Origin: an uncultured bacterium
Lineage (GTDB): Bacteria > Patescibacteriota > Microgenomatia > UBA1400 > PJMF01
NCBI GenBank assembly: GCA_903959355.1
Contig: CAJBWJ010000032.1
Coordinates: 1-51,838 of the forward strand
Length of the DNA stretch: 51,838 nucleotides
Direction: 5' to 3'
The notes under the pieces were generated by a model. The model was not told the DNA's origin and did no database searches. It was given only the letters and a program-made list of their open reading frames with translations. A program made the translations under genes and the position numbers. The first letter of the stretch is position 1; every line of letters starts with the position of its first letter. Below are positions 25,341 through 33,657 of the stretch, in pieces.

Positions 25341-28230
25341 CTGTAGTAAGCGAGCCGGGTCTCTCGTACTTTGGATATTTTCTTCCTTCACTCAAAGTCT
25401 GACAAATGCTCGAATTAGAATAGCAATATTTAGCCGCATCAGTTATCAATTGTTCCTTTTTTTCATCTGTGAAACCATATTCTGCTTGAGACTGGTCTAA
25501 ACTACTTCGCAATTCTGACATTACCTCTGGAGTTGGGTCTGTGTTACAACTAAATTCCGTGTAATCCAAACAATAAACCAGATCCATGTCGCTGTGTCTT
25601 TCATCAATCCAGCCGAGTGGATGTGGATGGTCTTCCGAATAGAATTTTGGAGGACATTTGCCACCAGCTTTCCAACGAGTTTCTCTGGCACAATTTTGAT
25701 TACCCATGCCATTGTAGTCGCCAATAGCTCCAGTCAACGATTCATAATCGATGTTATTTTTATCAAATGAACCCTGCCATTTGCTTATCAAGTGTTCCAT
25801 GGCTGCTTTAGCATCTTCTTTTAATGTTCCTCTTAGTGATCCGCCATCAAAAACTGATTTGGTTGGATCAAGTCCGGCCTCAGTCCAATGAATTCCAGCA
25901 ACTACTTCGCAGGGAATACCAGTTTCTTTTTCTGCGTATTCATAAGCCTCAATTAATTCTGGAGTAATTTGAATTGCTATTTCTGCAGTGAAAATATCTT
26001 TGGCATATTGAGGAATTTGAGTGGCGCTCGGTAAATTTTTGATATTTTTATATCCCTCACCACTACAAAATGATTTGTTTGCTCCGCCTATTGGATCGCC
26101 TTTGCAGCGACCAAGAAACATATCCTCAACTCTTTGACAGGAAAGGATGTAATCGTAGGTTTGATTAAAGGTATTACGCAATTTTTGTTGAATTTTACGC
26201 ACCATGAATCCAAGGCCAAAGTCTGGAATGAGCAAGTTTCCTTTGCTTGAACTTTCATTTTTACTGGTGGTGTCGCTAAAACCAAAACCAAAAGTATAGT
26301 GAGAGCAAGTCTCAACTAAATCTGTGTACCAACCGCCGTTTTTGTCTTTTTTAATTACTTCTTTATATTCACACTTATCTATTGGATTGATTTGTTGAGA
26401 GGTGCTTATGCCAAAAGTAGCATCTTTAATGGTGTAATATTTTGGAATGGCTCCTTGTTTACTAGTTCCGTCTGGATTTGTCATATCTTCAATAACATTG
26501 GTTTTGATCATGTCGAAAAATTCTTCTTCACTCCAAAAAATACTCAGAGCTTTGTTAACGTCTTTGACATTTTCTCCAATTGGCACAACTAAATAGGCAT
26601 TAACAATCATTGGAGGATCGAGTGGAGGACGGTCTTCATCGACAGTGAGTTCCCATTCAAATGGATTTAAAAATTTCGATCTTAATTTATTAGCAACTTC
26701 AGTATTAGAATCACTGGTGTAGCTGTATTGCCTCATATCTTTTGAAGCTGGTGTAAAAAGATCGCCTGCATTTTCCCAGTTCAGATCTTCTTGATTAAAA
26801 ATCATTTCAATTGCGCTGGCGGTGGCTTGTCTCTCATTTACTCCAAAACCGGATGCATCTATTTCTTCTCCGGCATCAGTAGTAGTGCTTTCTATAATTC
26901 TAAGAGTATCGTTTCTACATTTTGGAGAAGTGCCGTTAATAATGTCGATGAGAACTTTTTCAAGTGGCTTGATGCATTTTGGATATGGACAGTGAATAAC
27001 AGGATCTGGTTTAGTTTGAGCCAAGCTATAAATCATGTCTCTTTTGTCTTTTTGATCTGCAAGGTCTTTGTCGTTTTGTTCTTTTGGTTGCAAAATCATC
27101 TTGGTTAGCTCAAGAGAATCAATGTTGCCAGAAATTCTGGATTTGTTGGTGGCAAAATCTGGAATTTTAAAAGCGATGAAAATAGGAGCGTGTATTTTAA
27201 GATCAATCTGAGGCTTTTCTTGTAAAAAATAAAATTTATCGCCATCATCATCCTTTCCAGGATCTTGAGTTGGAACTAAAACAAGAAAAGCCAATCGATA
27301 TAAAGTATCCAAATCGATAGGCATTCTACCCACAGCTTCTCTCAATTTGGCAATTTTATTAATATCTACATTTGGAGGAGTGTATCCAGTATCAACGCTG
27401 TTTGCCGCATTATCTCCTCCAGCTATATCGAAGCAAACCTGTTGATATAGCTTTTCTTTGCTTAATTCTGGACGAATTTCTTGAAACCAACTTAGTAGGT
27501 CGGTCATTTTAAAATCAACATTTTCGACATGTTCTGTTGATGTCATGCTTCCAATCTCTGAATCTGTAACAACTCTACTGCTTCCATTCGTATCAACGGC
27601 AATTTTAAAATTATATTTTTTGTTAATAGTGCACTCATCGGTTACTTCGTTACAAATTTGCTCTATAGATACAAGATTTTGTGTTTTGGCCAAACACTGC
27701 TGATAAGAGGATAAGACTCTTTTCGCCACACCGGAAGAATTTAACATATAACTATCTTGAACGGTTTGATAATTAGCACCGAACATGCCTTCAAGTGAGC
27801 TGTTTTTTTGAGTTGTGTTTTTATCTTCCATGCCGCGGAACATTGGAATGCGAGCCTTGGTGAGATCTACAATATAAGGATCAACTCCTCCAAATATTGT
27901 GGGATTCAGGCCATTGTAAAAACTTTCTTCTGGAGGAGTACTACTGCTAAAGAACTTTTCAATATTTCCAAGCAGTTTCTTATCAATAGTCCACTGCATG
28001 GCTGCGCAATGTGCCTCGTAGCCCTGATCTTTGACCATGGCTATTAGGAGGTCACCATAATTGTAGCTTGGGCCTTTTGGCAGAAACATCGGCATGAGCG
28101 TAAAAGCATTTGCAGAATCTCCAATCTCCGAATCAGCGCTTTGAGCAAAAACAATGTTTTTTGAGGAAAAAATCAAAACTAAAAAATAGAATAAACTAAA
28201 AATCGCTCTTTTTGAAAATCGATTAAACAC
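25306..28230 (-). CDS. 974-aa secreted Cys-rich protein with possible lytic-transglycosylase-like C-terminal region
   Basis: GTG start at 28230. Signal peptide MFNRFSKRAIFSLFYFLVLIFSSKNIVFA|QS. The C-terminal segment AEKETGIPCEVVAGIHWTEAGLDP resembles the MltB/SLT_2-type motif (yGVP.e.i.aI...E..fG). Confidence 0.45.
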   Translation of the reverse strand: MFNRFSKRAIFSLFYFLVLIFSSKNIVFAQSADSEIGDSANAFTLMPMFLPKGPSYNYGDLLIAMVKDQGYEAHCAAMQWTIDKKLLGNIEKFFSSSTPPEESFYNGLNPTIFGGVDPYIVDLTKARIPMFRGMEDKNTTQKNSSLEGMFGANYQTVQDSYMLNSSGVAKRVLSSYQQCLAKTQNLVSIEQICNEVTDECTINKKYNFKIAVDTNGSSRVVTDSEIGSMTSTEHVENVDFKMTDLLSWFQEIRPELSKEKLYQQVCFDIAGGDNAANSVDTGYTPPNVDINKIAKLREAVGRMPIDLDTLYRLAFLVLVPTQDPGKDDDGDKFYFLQEKPQIDLKIHAPIFIAFKIPDFATNKSRISGNIDSLELTKMILQPKEQNDKDLADQKDKRDMIYSLAQTKPDPVIHCPYPKCIKPLEKVLIDIINGTSPKCRNDTLRIIESTTTDAGEEIDASGFGVNERQATASAIEMIFNQEDLNWENAGDLFTPASKDMRQYSYTSDSNTEVANKLRSKFLNPFEWELTVDEDRPPLDPPMIVNAYLVVPIGENVKDVNKALSIFWSEEEFFDMIKTNVIEDMTNPDGTSKQGAIPKYYTIKDATFGISTSQQINPIDKCEYKEVIKKDKNGGWYTDLVETCSHYTFGFGFSDTTSKNESSSKGNLLIPDFGLGFMVRKIQQKLRNTFNQTYDYILSCQRVEDMFLGRCKGDPIGGANKSFCSGEGYKNIKNLPSATQIPQYAKDIFTAEIAIQITPELIEAYEYAEKETGIPCEVVAGIHWTEAGLDPTKSVFDGGSLRGTLKEDAKAAMEHLISKWQGSFDKNNIDYESLTGAIGDYNGMGNQNCARETRWKAGGKCPPKFYSEDHPHPLGWIDERHSDMDLVYCLDYTEFSCNTDPTPEVMSELRSSLDQSQAEYGFTDEKKEQLITDAAKYCYSNSSICQTLSEGRKYPKYERPGSLTTAILLNESGSGQ

Positions 28231-28236
28231 GCTTTG

Positions 28237-28242
28237 ATTATA
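28237..28242 (-). promoter_or_regulatory. candidate -10 hexamer 6 nt upstream of the 974-aa gene start
   Basis: Reverse strand TATAAT followed by caaagc, then GTG at 28230. It lies in the 27-nt spacer after the pilin-like gene. Confidence 0.25.
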
Positions 28243-28257
28243 CTAACAATAGAGGCT

Positions 28258-29157
28258 CTAGGAAAGAATGCGAATGCCAAAAATTAATTCTAATAATTGA
28301 GCAATCCAGTAAGCTGCAAACAATAGAATAAAGCCTAGAATAGCTGCCGTAATTCTTTGTTTTCCCTCATCAATTGATTTGGAATTAGTAGCTCCAGTAA
28401 GCATTTGAAAGCCTCCTAAAACGAGAACCACAAAGAGAATAATTCCAGCGATTGGAAAAATGAATCCACCAAGAGCTTTGGAAATAATTCCACCAGGAGT
28501 AGTTAAGTCGCCGTCACCTCCACCAATCGTGATCGGATTGAGACCATTCAGTGTTCCTGCTGAAACGGTGGCGCTACTGATCCCGACGTCAGTGCTTTCG
28601 CATTTGCCATCTCTTTCCCAGCCACAGCAGGTTTTTCCGCCAGTCATTGGTACTTCGCCTCCACCACCTCCGCAAATACACTTTTTATCCTCAGTAGTGA
28701 GATAAGTTTCACCACAAAAAGCAGTGGTGTCATCAGGATTTGCAGTTAAGCATTGATCAAAAAAATCTCCGTCTTTGACCCAGCCGCAACAAACATCACG
28801 ATTAACAATCCATAAAATATTTGATTGTTGATAGGACTGCCATTGTCCTCCCTCGCAATTACAAGTTGCACCTTCTGGAACAGTGGCATCGCCTAAAGTT
28901 TCTCCGCAGCCATATTCGTTTGGATCTTCGTAAGCTCGACATTTGCCGCCACCCATAAACCCACAGCAATATTGAGTTCTAATTCCGTGACCTATCTGTT
29001 CAGTGGTTAGATTTGTACTTTCGCAATCACACATTCCTACGATATTAGCGTCATCTGCAGCAGTGAAATATTGTCCACAAGTGGCTGCCTTAGCGGCTCC
29101 AATAAAAAATAAGCTAAAAATTATCTGTAAAAAAGCTATTTTTATAATTTTTTTCAT
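28258..29157 (-). CDS. VirB2/TrbC-like 'T4SS pilin' hairpin fused to a Cys-rich repeat ectodomain
   Basis: 299 aa. Signal peptide MKKIIKIAFLQIIFSLFFIGAAKA|A. Three internal repeats of CxC...CCG[FW]...GxC. The C-terminal two-helix hairpin is GGFIFPIAGIILFVVLVLGGFQMLTGATNSKSIDEGKQRITAAILGFILLFAAYWIAQLL. GGAG lies 8 nt upstream of the ATG. Confidence 0.6.
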   Translation of the reverse strand: MKKIIKIAFLQIIFSLFFIGAAKAATCGQYFTAADDANIVGMCDCESTNLTTEQIGHGIRTQYCCGFMGGGKCRAYEDPNEYGCGETLGDATVPEGATCNCEGGQWQSYQQSNILWIVNRDVCCGWVKDGDFFDQCLTANPDDTTAFCGETYLTTEDKKCICGGGGGEVPMTGGKTCCGWERDGKCESTDVGISSATVSAGTLNGLNPITIGGGDGDLTTPGGIISKALGGFIFPIAGIILFVVLVLGGFQMLTGATNSKSIDEGKQRITAAILGFILLFAAYWIAQLLELIFGIRILS

Positions 29158-29159
29158 GA

Positions 29160-30044
29160 TTACACTCCAAATCCTGGAATATGTAGTATAGATACTCCAA
29201 TGAATTGCAAAATAGTGACTGAAAAAATTACGAATAAGAGACCGATGACTGCAGAAGTGATAATTTCTTTGGCCTCTTTTGTTTTATTTGGGTCTCCTTG
29301 AGAGACGGAGAGCATGAAAGCTCCTACTAGAATCATCACCAGTACAATTCCGCCTCCCAGTCCTAGTCCAATGGTAATCACAACCTTAATAATGCTTTCT
29401 GGATTGCTAGGAATACAGCCAATAGCTGTCCAAATGCCTTTGGAGCTAAAACAATCAGCACAAGCTTGATACTGATCTGTGCCGGTTTTAATTTGTGCGC
29501 AGAGCTCATAACTGCCAATTAGACTTAGGTCTTCATTGCATTGCTCTGCAGAACATTGTGCTTGCACTGGCATTGAACTAGAAACAATAACAGTATTGTT
29601 TTCTGCTCCTTCAACCGAATCGTTTGAAAGATGGACCTCAAACTGATATGAGCAACCGCCTTTTATTTCTCTTCCAGGAATAGTGAAGTTTGTCTGTCCG
29701 TCAGTATAATCAAATAAAAGATATTTGAGGTCGTCTGTGGTTCCATCTAATTCAATTCCATCTGGCCAGCCACTACAACCACTGCTACCAATCAATCTGG
29801 CTTTTACTTTATGTTCTCCTTCTGGCAATGGAGTGCCATTGTTGAAAGCGAGGCCGGCGAGATTGATTGTCACATCTTCTCCAGCTACTACGCAGCCATT
29901 GAAGAAGTTACATTGTTTGCCATCACGAGATTGATAAGCCTCAACTGTCTCAATAATTGGAGCGGAATCAGCTGCAAGAACAAGGTCTTTACTCAATAAA
30001 AAAGAGAAACAAAAAAATCCAAAAACCAGAGCTATTTTTCTCAT
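29160..30044 (-). CDS. VirB2/TrbC-like 'T4SS pilin' hairpin fused to a different Cys-containing ectodomain
   Basis: The ORF track starts at GTG 30053. The ATG at 30044 is preceded by GAGGTGA at a 5-nt spacing and gives the signal peptide MRKIALVFGFFCFSFLLSKDLVLA|AD. The C-terminus GIWTAIGCIPSNPESIIKVVITIGLGLGGGIVLVMILVGAFMLSVSQGDPNKTKEAKEIITSAVIGLLFVIFSVTILQFIG is a two-helix hairpin as in CPR T4SS pilin families. Confidence 0.6.
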   Translation of the reverse strand: MRKIALVFGFFCFSFLLSKDLVLAADSAPIIETVEAYQSRDGKQCNFFNGCVVAGEDVTINLAGLAFNNGTPLPEGEHKVKARLIGSSGCSGWPDGIELDGTTDDLKYLLFDYTDGQTNFTIPGREIKGGCSYQFEVHLSNDSVEGAENNTVIVSSSMPVQAQCSAEQCNEDLSLIGSYELCAQIKTGTDQYQACADCFSSKGIWTAIGCIPSNPESIIKVVITIGLGLGGGIVLVMILVGAFMLSVSQGDPNKTKEAKEIITSAVIGLLFVIFSVTILQFIGVSILHIPGFGV

Positions 30045-30100
30045 TTTATTCACCTCTATATTAAATCATTAAAAAGCTTTAAAACCAAGCTATTATTTAG

Positions 30101-30106
30101 TAGAAT
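30101..30106 (+). promoter_or_regulatory. candidate -10 hexamer for the spoIID-like gene (leaderless geometry)
   Basis: TAGAAT followed by 6 nt, then ATG at 30113. No SD. Confidence 0.3.
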
Positions 30107-30112
30107 GAATTT

Positions 30113-31828
30113 ATGTTCTTTTCCCGTAGATCTATTTTTTTTATTTCGTTCTTTAGCCTTTTGATAGGAATGATTCTTTTTAAACTGCCTTCTTTCGTCA
30201 GTGCAGAAGATGTTTGCAATTCGGTTGAGTCATGTGGAGCAGAAATAGATAAAATCTCAAAAGATCTGGAAGCCTCAAAAAACGCCACCACACCTCTAGA
30301 AAAAGAAGTTAATGCCCTCGAATCTCGCATAAATTCAGCCAAAGCAGGCATTGCCAAGGCCAAGAAACAAGCGGCTGACTTGGCAATAAGTATTGAAAGT
30401 AGAGAAAAAGACTTGGTTTATCATTATGAGATTTTTTCTAATCGCGTGGCAGAGTCATATAAAAGAAAACGCACCTTTAATCCCCTTAGCCTTTTTTTAT
30501 CTAGTCAAAGTGCTAGTCAACTAACCAAAGATTTAGCCTATCAAGAATCTGCTCGTGCTCAGGATGATCGTTTAATAAAATCCATATCTGAAGAGATCAA
30601 CAAATTAAATGAAGACAAGAAAAAACTTGAATCTGATCAAGTGCGCTTATCTGCTTTATCAGAAAAATTAGACAAACAAGCGGAGTTTTTTAAGGGAGAA
30701 ATAGCCAAGGCGAAGAGCTATCAAAGTGAATTGAACGGGAAAATTGCAGCTTTATCAGCCAAACAGCAATCGATTCTTGCAGAAAAATCTGGAACATTTC
30801 AGACCACTGTGGGAGATGTTCCTTTAGCTGACGATCCAGCCAGTAGGCCAGATTATAATCCTGGTTTTTCTCCAGCTTTTGCAGCGTTCAGTTTCGGTGC
30901 TCCACATTTTAAAGGAATGAGCCAGTATGGAGCTTTTGGTAGAGCAAAAAGCGGGCAAAATTATGAAACCATTCTTAAGGCCTATTATGGCAGCGGTATT
31001 GAAATTAAAGATCATAATCCTGACCAAACAATTACTGTTGATGGTTACGGACAATATTCTTTGGAAGAATATGCCAAGAGAATTTATGAATTGCCAAATA
31101 GTTGGGGTGATGATGGAGGAATGGAAGCACTTAAAGCTCAAGCAATCGCTGCTAGAAGTTATGTTCTAGCAAGAGGCGGCACAATTTGTGCAACTGAAGC
31201 TTGCCAAGTTTTTAAGCCAGGGGCAAAAGGTGGCAATTGGGAAAAAGCAGTTAATGAAACCAGAGGTAAAGTAGTTTATGCTAATGGCCAGCCATTTTCG
31301 ACTTGGTATTCTTCCACTTCGGGTGGATATCAGGAGTCATACTCTGCAAATGGCTACTCTACACCAGGATTTTGGGATACATCTAATGGCCGCAGTGGTT
31401 GGACTGGCCAAGCATATGAAAAAGTTGCTGGTTCTCCATGGTTTTATAAAGCTTGGTATAAAACTAGAGGCGGAGACAACTGTGGCAAAGACAGTCCTTG
31501 GTTAAGAAGCGAGGAAATGGCAGATATATTAAATGCTTGGGTAGTTATGTATCAAGGTAATGGAGATAGCGGCAGAGTAACTCCAGAATCATCTTGTTGG
31601 GGCGGTAATCCTTATAGTAAAAGCGATTTGTCAAATATTGGTGGTTTTAATAGTGTAAGTGGAGTCAGTGTCCAATATTCTGATAGTGGCACAACAGCCA
31701 ATGTTACATTTCAAACAAATAAAGGCAGCGTAACAATCAATGGCAATGAGTTTTATAAGGCTTTTAACCTAAGAGCTCCTGGCAGAATTTCTTTGAAGAG
31801 TGGCTTGTTTAATATCGAGAAAAAGTAG
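30113..31828 (+). CDS. SpoIID/LytB-domain protein with N-terminal coiled coil
   Basis: 571 aa with a signal peptide or anchor and ~200 aa of coiled coil. The SpoIID core is EALKAQAIAARSYVLARGGTICATEACQVF ... STSGGY. Confidence 0.8.
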   Translation: MFFSRRSIFFISFFSLLIGMILFKLPSFVSAEDVCNSVESCGAEIDKISKDLEASKNATTPLEKEVNALESRINSAKAGIAKAKKQAADLAISIESREKDLVYHYEIFSNRVAESYKRKRTFNPLSLFLSSQSASQLTKDLAYQESARAQDDRLIKSISEEINKLNEDKKKLESDQVRLSALSEKLDKQAEFFKGEIAKAKSYQSELNGKIAALSAKQQSILAEKSGTFQTTVGDVPLADDPASRPDYNPGFSPAFAAFSFGAPHFKGMSQYGAFGRAKSGQNYETILKAYYGSGIEIKDHNPDQTITVDGYGQYSLEEYAKRIYELPNSWGDDGGMEALKAQAIAARSYVLARGGTICATEACQVFKPGAKGGNWEKAVNETRGKVVYANGQPFSTWYSSTSGGYQESYSANGYSTPGFWDTSNGRSGWTGQAYEKVAGSPWFYKAWYKTRGGDNCGKDSPWLRSEEMADILNAWVVMYQGNGDSGRVTPESSCWGGNPYSKSDLSNIGGFNSVSGVSVQYSDSGTTANVTFQTNKGSVTINGNEFYKAFNLRAPGRISLKSGLFNIEKK

Positions 31829-31833
31829 TTTTT

Positions 31834-33618
31834 TTAAATACCTCGCAAGTATTTAGCTGCCCACGGTCTATAGCTACTGTGATAAGAATCTTCTCGTATT
31901 ATTTCGCCATTTTTATCTTTTATAACATTGGTAAATTCTGATTTAATGCCACTGGCTGACCAATCAATTTGCTTGAGTTGTCCAGGTCTTAAGCTAGCGT
32001 CTGGAATATAAACGGTTGGCAAAGCTGGACTTTGGCCCCATTTTCTATAATTAATTATTTCAGTGGAACGGCCATCACTCGTGCCATAAAGTTTACAAAA
32101 CATATATAAATTTTCACTATCACTTTGGCAATTAATTAAAATGTGATTGCTGGTGTCATTAATAAAACGCAGGTCAGTTTCACCTTCAAAAACTGTAGCA
32201 TCAAAACCTGGTTCATTGCCAATTTCATAATAAGAAACGCGATAGGCATGAGGAAGACGGCGAGTTACCTTAAGACCAGCATTGAGTAGAGAGCGAAATA
32301 GAGTGCTGCTGACCTGGCAAACTCCACCACCAGGAGCCAATTTAGTTTCTCCAGCTTCTATAATATAGGCGTTTTTATAACCAGTTTTATCAGAAACTTC
32401 TCCAAGTATTTTATTGAATGAAAATTCTTCTCCAGGTTTTACGATGTGGTTACTAATACGACTAGTGGCTAAAGCTACGTTGTCGACACGATTGGGAATG
32501 GAATGAGCATACCAGCTTTCACCAAAGCCAATCACTTCTTTAATACCGAGGTCGTTGGCTTTTTCTAAAGTTACCGTTGCTATGGTACTTTTCATTGGTA
32601 TAGAAAAAGAATTTTCTCCATTTATTTGTTCTTCATTTTCAATTTTGTTTAAAAAATCTTCAACTATTTTTTTTGTAGAAACAGCATCAATTTCTAAGCC
32701 ATTTTTATCTGCGGAAAAATCTGTAACCTCTAGAGTATCTTTATCATAAATAAAACTCGCGTCGCTACTTGGACGATTAATTTGTGCTTTCAAATTATCA
32801 ATAAATAAATCGATTTTTTCTTGATCCAAACCATTTGGCCAAGCTAGAAAATTCATTAGTTCTTGATTAGAAATATCAATTTTTTGATATTCGTAGCTAA
32901 GGGTTAATTTTTGATCAATTAATTTTAAAGCTCTGTTTTTGCTCATTTCAATTTGTGATTGATCGAGAGCTAAGATAGGATGAGCCATAATTGCTTCTAC
33001 ATTAAAATCTTCCTTGCTCAGGTCTCTTAAGTTTTTATTCAAAACTTGCTTGTGCAGGGTTTGCCAGGTTTCATCACTAAGCAATTTGTCGCCTGTTTTT
33101 CCAGGTAAAATTTCTACTGTTTTGTTTTTTATAGTTGCATTCGGCTTTTCGCCAGGAAAATCCACCAAATCTTTTAGGTTCCCAATTAAAGCTTGAATTT
33201 TTTCTTGATCAAAATTTAATTGGACATAGTATCTTGCAGTTTTTTTGAAAAAATTGCTCTGATGACTACTTTCAAAGGCTTCAATCAACACGTCGTCCAA
33301 ATTATTTTTAATTGCTAGCTGATTGAGCTTAGCTTCTACTTCTTTATCTTTATAAAAGATGCTTAAAGAATCATTCTCAAAATCAATTTTATCCTGCATG
33401 TTTTCTTGAATTTTTATTTTTGCCTCATCTCTGGTCAATCCAGAAAGATTGATATCATCAATGTATGTTTTTGGATAAAAACGATCTTGATAATATTGAA
33501 AATAAACAAAAATTAGCCAAGCACTTACAAATAACAACAATATCCCCAAGGAAAGAAGGGCAGTGTTTGGTTTTTTTTGATTCAAGCTCCGCTTGATTGA
33601 TGAGTAAATTTTATCCAT
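31834..33618 (-). CDS. VanW/YoaR-family protein, membrane anchored
   Basis: 594 aa with an N-terminal TM. VanW core GGGVCQVSSTLFRSLLNAGLKVTRRLPHAYRVSYY. Confidence 0.8.
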   Translation of the reverse strand: MDKIYSSIKRSLNQKKPNTALLSLGILLLFVSAWLIFVYFQYYQDRFYPKTYIDDINLSGLTRDEAKIKIQENMQDKIDFENDSLSIFYKDKEVEAKLNQLAIKNNLDDVLIEAFESSHQSNFFKKTARYYVQLNFDQEKIQALIGNLKDLVDFPGEKPNATIKNKTVEILPGKTGDKLLSDETWQTLHKQVLNKNLRDLSKEDFNVEAIMAHPILALDQSQIEMSKNRALKLIDQKLTLSYEYQKIDISNQELMNFLAWPNGLDQEKIDLFIDNLKAQINRPSSDASFIYDKDTLEVTDFSADKNGLEIDAVSTKKIVEDFLNKIENEEQINGENSFSIPMKSTIATVTLEKANDLGIKEVIGFGESWYAHSIPNRVDNVALATSRISNHIVKPGEEFSFNKILGEVSDKTGYKNAYIIEAGETKLAPGGGVCQVSSTLFRSLLNAGLKVTRRLPHAYRVSYYEIGNEPGFDATVFEGETDLRFINDTSNHILINCQSDSENLYMFCKLYGTSDGRSTEIINYRKWGQSPALPTVYIPDASLRPGQLKQIDWSASGIKSEFTNVIKDKNGEIIREDSYHSSYRPWAAKYLRGI

Positions 33619-33657
33619 AATAGGAACGAATTACATTGTACTTTGTAGTTCATCGAT

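Noticed and set aside
30045-30053. GTG start of the second pilin-like gene
   Set aside because: The GTG is itself part of a GAGGTGA Shine-Dalgarno located 5 nt before the ATG at 30044.
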